Origin: Thermostichus sp. DRC_bins_24
Lineage (GTDB): Bacteria > Cyanobacteriota > Cyanobacteriia > Thermostichales > Thermostichaceae
Assembly (NCBI GenBank): GCA_039794845.1
Contig: JAUQVK010000113.1
Span: 1-22,166, forward strand
Direction: 5' to 3'
DNA: 22,166 bases
Shown here one piece after another: positions 18,563 through 22,166 of the stretch. Position 1 is the stretch's first letter. Every line of letters starts with the position of its first letter. Below the pieces are notes generated by a model that was not told the DNA's origin, made no database searches, and saw only the letters and a list, made by a program, of their open reading frames with translations. The position numbers were made by a program, and so were the translations under genes.

Positions 18563-19327
18563 GTGCCCCCGATTCCCCCTGCTCTGAGCCAGTATTGGCG
18601 GAATGCCTTTGACCTGGAAGCCCATTTGGGAGCCTTCCTGGGTCTTGATGCGGTGAGCTTGCAGGAGAAATTGCGGGCAGGGCAACAGCAGTTGGCGGAG
18701 CTGGGCCGACGGGATTTTCGCTGGGAGCAAGCGGATGAGTTTTATCGGGATCGGGTGGGATCCACCTATTTACTGGATTTGGCGGCTTGGCACCTGAGCA
18801 GCACCGACTACATTGGCGATACCCTGCGCCTGCTGGCGGATCACGCGCGTGGGTTGGTGCTGGATTTTGGTGGTGGCATCGGCACCCATGCGATCGGGGC
18901 GGCCTTGTGTCCGGCGGTGGAACAGGTGATCTTTTGGGATCTCAACCCCATTCATCGGCAGTTGTTGCGGCTGCGGGCGGAAAAACTGGGCCTCACCGAA
19001 CGGATCCGCTGCCCAGACACTTTCCCCGTCGGGCTCCGCTTCGATACGCTGGTTTGCTTCGATGTGATGGAACATTTGCCGGATCCGGTGGAGCAGCTGC
19101 GGCAGTTTCATGCCTGGTTGCAACCGGAGGGCAAGCTGCTGATCAACTGGTACTTCTTCAAGGGCTTTCAAGAGGAGTTCCCCTTTCATCTCGACGATCC
19201 GAAGGTGATCGAGCACTTTTTTCGGGTGTTGCAAAGCCAGTTTTTGGAAGTGTTTCACCCTTATTTGATCACCAGTCGCTGTTACCGGAAATGGCCGGAT
19301 CCTATTGTGGAGGCAGAACCGGGATGA
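18563..19327 (+). CDS. Class I SAM-dependent methyltransferase
   Basis: VLDFGGGIG, FDTLVCFDVMEHLPDP, LQPEGKL. Confidence 0.9.
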   Translation: MPPIPPALSQYWRNAFDLEAHLGAFLGLDAVSLQEKLRAGQQQLAELGRRDFRWEQADEFYRDRVGSTYLLDLAAWHLSSTDYIGDTLRLLADHARGLVLDFGGGIGTHAIGAALCPAVEQVIFWDLNPIHRQLLRLRAEKLGLTERIRCPDTFPVGLRFDTLVCFDVMEHLPDPVEQLRQFHAWLQPEGKLLINWYFFKGFQEEFPFHLDDPKVIEHFFRVLQSQFLEVFHPYLITSRCYRKWPDPIVEAEPG

Positions 19328-20106
19328 TGCGCTATGGGCGGGTGTTGTGGCTGTTCTGGAGCACCTCCATTGCAGCGGAAATGGAGTACCGGGCCAATTT
19401 TTTCTTTGCCAGCCTCAGCAGTTTGGGGGGCTTGGCGGGGGCTTGGTTTGGGTTGTCGTTGTTTTATCAGCAGGGGCATCAGTTCGGCGGGTGGAGTTGG
19501 CCCGAGGCACTGATCGTGTTGGGGGTGTTTACGATCCTACAGGGGGTGGCTACCTCCAGCTTTAACGCCAATTTGAACCGCATTGTGCAGCAAGTACAGG
19601 AAGGCACCCTCGACTTTGTCTTGCTCAAGCCGATCAGCAGCCAGTTTTGGCTTTCGGCCAGGGTGTTTTCCCCCTGGGGTCTTACGGATATTGCCTTTGG
19701 CCTTTTGGTGATTCTCTATGCCGGTAGGCAATTGGGGTTGCCGGCGTGGGCCTACGGGCTGGGGATCCTACCTCTCCTGTTGGGGTTGGTGATTCTCTAT
19801 AGCCTCTGGTTTATGTTGGGGGCGACCAGCATTTGGTTTGTGAAAATCTACAACGTGACGGAGGTATTGCGGGGCTTGGTGGAGGCGGGGCGGTTCCCGA
19901 TCGTCGCTTATCCGGCGGCCTATCGTGTGTTTTTTACCTTCATCGTGCCGGTGGCTTTCTTGACGACGATCCCTGCAGAAACCTTGCTGGGGCGGGTGCA
20001 GTGGCAGTGGCTCTTCGGATCGGGACTGCTGGCGGTGGGGCTGTTGTGGGGATCCCATGCTTTTTGGCGGTTTGCGCTGCGCTTTTATACCAGTGCCTCC
20101 AGTTGA
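19324..20106 (+). CDS. ABC-2 type permease (DUF990-like)
   Basis: EYRANF, GTLDFVLLKPISSQF, about six TM helices and RFYTSASS ending. ATGA overlap with the methyltransferase stop. Confidence 0.9.
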   Translation: MMRYGRVLWLFWSTSIAAEMEYRANFFFASLSSLGGLAGAWFGLSLFYQQGHQFGGWSWPEALIVLGVFTILQGVATSSFNANLNRIVQQVQEGTLDFVLLKPISSQFWLSARVFSPWGLTDIAFGLLVILYAGRQLGLPAWAYGLGILPLLLGLVILYSLWFMLGATSIWFVKIYNVTEVLRGLVEAGRFPIVAYPAAYRVFFTFIVPVAFLTTIPAETLLGRVQWQWLFGSGLLAVGLLWGSHAFWRFALRFYTSASS

Positions 20107-20163
20107 GGGGATTCCTACTCCCACTTTTTCTTTGAATGGAACTGTTGGGCTGGGATCCCCATC

Positions 20164-20624
20164 ATGAGGCGGAGCGTGCAAGGGTTTTTGGCCCTGATGG
20201 TGCTGCCGGGGTTGCGCTGGATATGGGCAGCCCGTTTGGGGGCAATCGACGCAGCAGTTGGAACAGGCGGTACAAGCCCAGGATTGGTCGCGGGCCTTGG
20301 CCATTGTCGAACAGATGATGCGCGCCCAGGCCGCAACGCCGCGCCGAACTCGAGACCTATCGTGAGCACCTGCAGGCCCTCCAAGCGCAAGCTCAGACCA
20401 TGCCTCCTGAGACTCCTGCACCTAGCCGCCCACCCTAAGCGGGCTATGACATCACCCTGCGGTTTTTGGATGAGCGGTTTGGCCCCCAAGAACAGGTGGT
20501 GATTGCGGCGGCAGTACGTTGCCGGGAAGAGGTGGTGATCGGGGATCTGCCGGAGTATCGCGGTGGCATTGGCCCTGCCCGTTGTGCCCGGTTTAGAAGT
20601 TATGACCCGTGGGGCCGCCATTAG
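20164..20624 (+). pseudogene. Frameshifted gene for an exported hypothetical protein
   Basis: Stitching frames gives MRRSVQGFLALMVLPGL/AGYGQPVWGQSTQQLEQAVQAQDWSRALAIVEQMMRAQ/PQRRAELETYREHLQALQ..PP*AGYDITLRFLDERFG/PQEQVVIAAAVRCREEVV. Shifts near 20215, 20330 and 20485, stop at 20436-20438. Confidence 0.65.
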
Positions 20625-21033
20625 CTGGGTTTCATTGGGGGCCTTGATGGATTTGGGCTATCGCGTCAATCTGGAGGCGGCGGATCCCTTTGTGTTGGGA
20701 GCAGGATAGGGATCCTTGAGGTGATCTGAGAGATTCGGGCTGTTGATTGAAAAAAAGTTCGGATCCCAGGCATCCAAGTTTTGAATGTTCGAGTATTCCC
20801 TACAGAGGCGACCCCCACGCTGCTGTCGGGAAGTGCTGCTGGCCTTCCGCCGACCCGGTTGAAGGGCAAGACATGGATCCCTCCCATGTGAGGGATCCTC
20901 GAATTTCTGCTTTGACCAAGAGATAGCCCTGATTGCGGCAATCCAGAACCACATCCGGTGGCCGGGGAGGGGTTTGCCTGTGCTTGCACTGTCGATCAGT
21001 CGATCATTTGTCGATTTTTTAGGAGCCTTTTCA

Positions 21034-21831
21034 ATGCGCAAACTCCTGGTTTCTGTAGCAGCCGGTGGCTTGGCCCTTTTTGGCTGTGGCAGTGGTCATG
21101 CTTCTCCGGTGGCCATGATGCCTTCCCAGGCTGATCTGGTGGCTTTGAGTGGCGGCAACCGCCTCACCTTGATTCGCTCTACGGATGCCTCTGTGCAGGG
21201 ATCCCTGAGGGTGACGGGGGTGAATGGCAATTTGATCGGCATTGATGTGCGCCCCGCCAATGGTGCCCTTTACGGCCTCACCGATACCAACATTCTCTAC
21301 ACCATCAATTTGCAAACCGGTGCCGCCGTCGCCGCCAGTACCCTCTCGATTCCCTTTTCCGGGGGTACCCTCTCTGGTATGGATTTCAATCCTGTCCCCG
21401 ATCGTCTGCGGGTGGTGGGTAGCAATGGTCGCAACCTGCGCATCAATGTCGATACCGGCGAGGTGATAGAGGATAGCATGTTGGCCTTTGGTCCCGCTGA
21501 GCTGCAAACCACCCCACCCAGGATTACCGCTGCTGCCTACCTCAACTCCGTAGCAGGTGCTCAATCCACCCAGTTGTTGAATATCGATGGCGAACGCAAT
21601 CTGCTGGTTTTGCAGAACCCCCCCAACGACGGGATCCTCACCCCGATTGGGCCTTTGGGAGTGAACTTCGGCCCTGTGGGCGGATTTGACATTCGTACCG
21701 ATGCCAGTGGCATGAATACCGGCTTTGCCATCGGGGGATCCACCCTTTACCAGATTGATCTGGACTCGGGTCGGGCAACTGCCCTAGGTACCGTGCCGGG
21801 GGGGCCTTTCTTCGGGTTAGCGGCCCTGTAA
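21034..21831 (+). CDS. DUF4394 domain exported protein
   Basis: AGGAG RBS and signal peptide. LIGIDVRPANGALYGL, GMDFNPVPDRLRVV, AAAYLNS and LQNPPNDGIL motifs. Confidence 0.9.
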   Translation: MRKLLVSVAAGGLALFGCGSGHASPVAMMPSQADLVALSGGNRLTLIRSTDASVQGSLRVTGVNGNLIGIDVRPANGALYGLTDTNILYTINLQTGAAVAASTLSIPFSGGTLSGMDFNPVPDRLRVVGSNGRNLRINVDTGEVIEDSMLAFGPAELQTTPPRITAAAYLNSVAGAQSTQLLNIDGERNLLVLQNPPNDGILTPIGPLGVNFGPVGGFDIRTDASGMNTGFAIGGSTLYQIDLDSGRATALGTVPGGPFFGLAAL

Positions 21832-21870
21832 CTGTACCTGAGCCTTCACCATCCGATTCCCCAAATCCTG

Positions 21871-21899
21871 GCCCAATTCCGCATTGGGGTTGGGCTTTT
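21871..21899 (+). terminator. Probable intrinsic terminator
   Basis: GCCCAATTCC-GCATT-GGGGTTGGGC hairpin (with G-U pairs) followed by TTTT, 40 nt after the stop. Confidence 0.55.
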
Positions 21900-22039
21900 C
21901 CCTCTCCCCGGGTCTGGCTTGACCCTCATCTATGCAAACGATAAATTATGGAGGCCATCGTTCCGCGTGTTTCGTCCCTGGCAACACTTGCCTCTCTGTT
22001 GTCTGTTTTTCCCTCCCATTCCGTTCTCCCTTCCCGCCT

Positions 22040-22166
22040 ATGAAAGTTGAGGGTGACAAGATCGAGGGATCCCTGCAGGAGGGCACCGATGCGGAGGTGT
22101 TTCTGGCCCTGAAGGCGGGGCAGCCGCAAGCTTTGGCAATTCTCTACGACCGACATGTGGGTCTAG
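22040..22166 (+). CDS. ECF-type sigma-70 factor, N-terminal fragment (runs off window; not in the ORF track)
   Basis: MKVEGDKIEGSLQEGTDAEVFLALKAGQPQALAILYDRHVGL matches the D..L...AL..LYDRH start of ECF region 2. Confidence 0.8.
   Translation, partial: MKVEGDKIEGSLQEGTDAEVFLALKAGQPQALAILYDRHVGL

Noticed and set aside
18787..19323. 439-aa ORF suggesting an N-terminally extended permease
   Set aside because: The extension is an alternate frame of the methyltransferase. Permease-like sequence begins at 19324.
20658..21041. Minus-strand ORFs of 127 and 107 aa
   Set aside because: No recognisable domain, and the longer one overlaps the DUF4394 RBS and start. They cannot be supported as genes.

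Overview
Cyanobacterial chromosomal DNA, most likely a thermophilic hot-spring Synechococcus/Thermostichus. This is inferred from gene content and at least 26 copies of the octamer GGGATCCC. The backbone is ordinary: rimO, rpiA, sigF, a membrane-anchored TPR gene with a small Ig-like gene, hisD, ggt, fabG, ilvE, DUF4335/DUF3038, an FHA protein, a methyltransferase with an ABC-2 permease, DUF4394 and the start of an ECF sigma factor. The first 12 kb holds nested, decayed mobile DNA: an IS701 pseudogene, three IS200/IS605 TnpB remnants and four copies of a 104-bp TA-flanked MITE. The most striking signal sits inside these elements: two families of very small (24 and 27 nt) insertions. The 27-mer keeps a fixed double-hairpin architecture (4-bp stem with TCC loop, then 5-bp stem with GGA-type loop) while its stem sequences co-vary. 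It occurs at five sites on both strands. Removing it in silico restores the empty MITE allele, a host hairpin or the expected TnpB motif. All alignments were done by eye and no database search was possible.
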